DNA of 64,000 nucleotides from Octopus bimaculoides (taxonomy: Eukaryota): positions 15,595,338 through 15,659,337 of the forward strand of contig NC_068997.1 in the NCBI RefSeq assembly GCF_001194135.2, read 5' to 3'. Positions 63,465 to 64,000 of this stretch are shown one piece after another. The notes under the pieces are model-generated. The model made no database searches and was not told where the DNA came from. It saw only the letters and a list, made by a program, of their open reading frames with translations. Within the stretch, counting starts at the first letter, position 1, and every line of letters starts with the position of its first letter. The position numbers and the translations under genes were made by a program.

Positions 63465-63744
63465 GTGCATTGCTTTTACTTGCTTGCTTATGATGGCCCA
63501 TTAAAGGTGATGAGTCCAAGATATTCTTTGCCCTCTACCTCCTTCACATTGTTTCTCATGGGAGCAGTTGTGACTGACAAGGCTGATACGAGACAGACAG
63601 ATCCTGTGGCACTAGGAGTACTCAAAATTACCCTGAACAACAGCTGCAGGAGGCTGATGATGATGTTTCACACAATCTGCACAGTTTTTCTTGAAACAGC
63701 TGTAAGGGACTTCTTACATGCCTATTTAATTCCTTCCTTATTAT

Positions 63745-63820
63745 GATCTCAACCTCAATGGAATTTGAACTCAGAACGTTAAGACAGACGAAATACCGCT
63801 AAACATTTCGCCCGGTGTGC
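63745..63820 (-). mobile_element. SINE family B fragment
   Basis: GGAATTTGAACTCAGAACGTTAAGACAGACGAAATACCGCTAAACATTTCGCCCGG. Confidence 0.8.
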
Positions 63821-64000
63821 CTATCAGTATATTACACATAATGTCTGTGTATAATTGCAAAATTTATTTTGGCATTCTAATGTGTGTCTGAGTCTTTGTG
63901 TTCGTCATGGCTGGACAACCCCATTATATAATCACATTTGTTTCGTATAATCACACTGGTTTAATTCATACCCTATTATTTTCTGCTATAATGCACGTGT

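Overview
Repeat-dense eukaryotic (animal) draft-assembly window, AT-rich, with 20 N-gaps totalling about 6.5 kb. The repeat landscape resembles an octopus/coleoid cephalopod genome (inference from recognising the SINEs; not verifiable here). Nearly all ORF-track entries are translations of microsatellites or gaps. There is no prokaryotic operon, CRISPR array, rRNA or intact transposon ORF. Supported content: (i) dozens of copies of at least four tRNA-headed SINE-like families and a non-autonomous RTE-derived element; (ii) RTE-clade LINE fragments; (iii) two 5'-truncated fragments of restriction-like-endonuclease (RLE; R4/Dong-like) retrotransposons, both bounded by (CATA)n; (iv) two copies of a TA-anchored element with a minimal hammerhead-ribozyme-like fold of the Penelope type; (v) interstitial (TTAGGG)n-like composite repeats; (vi) a few hand-called candidate exons. 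One minus-strand exon chain resembles TM4-ECL2 of a class B/adhesion GPCR, with a genomic TGA where the family has the Trp of the CW motif (possible A-to-I recoding, or a pseudogene). All gene calls are low confidence, and coordinates of degraded repeats are approximate.
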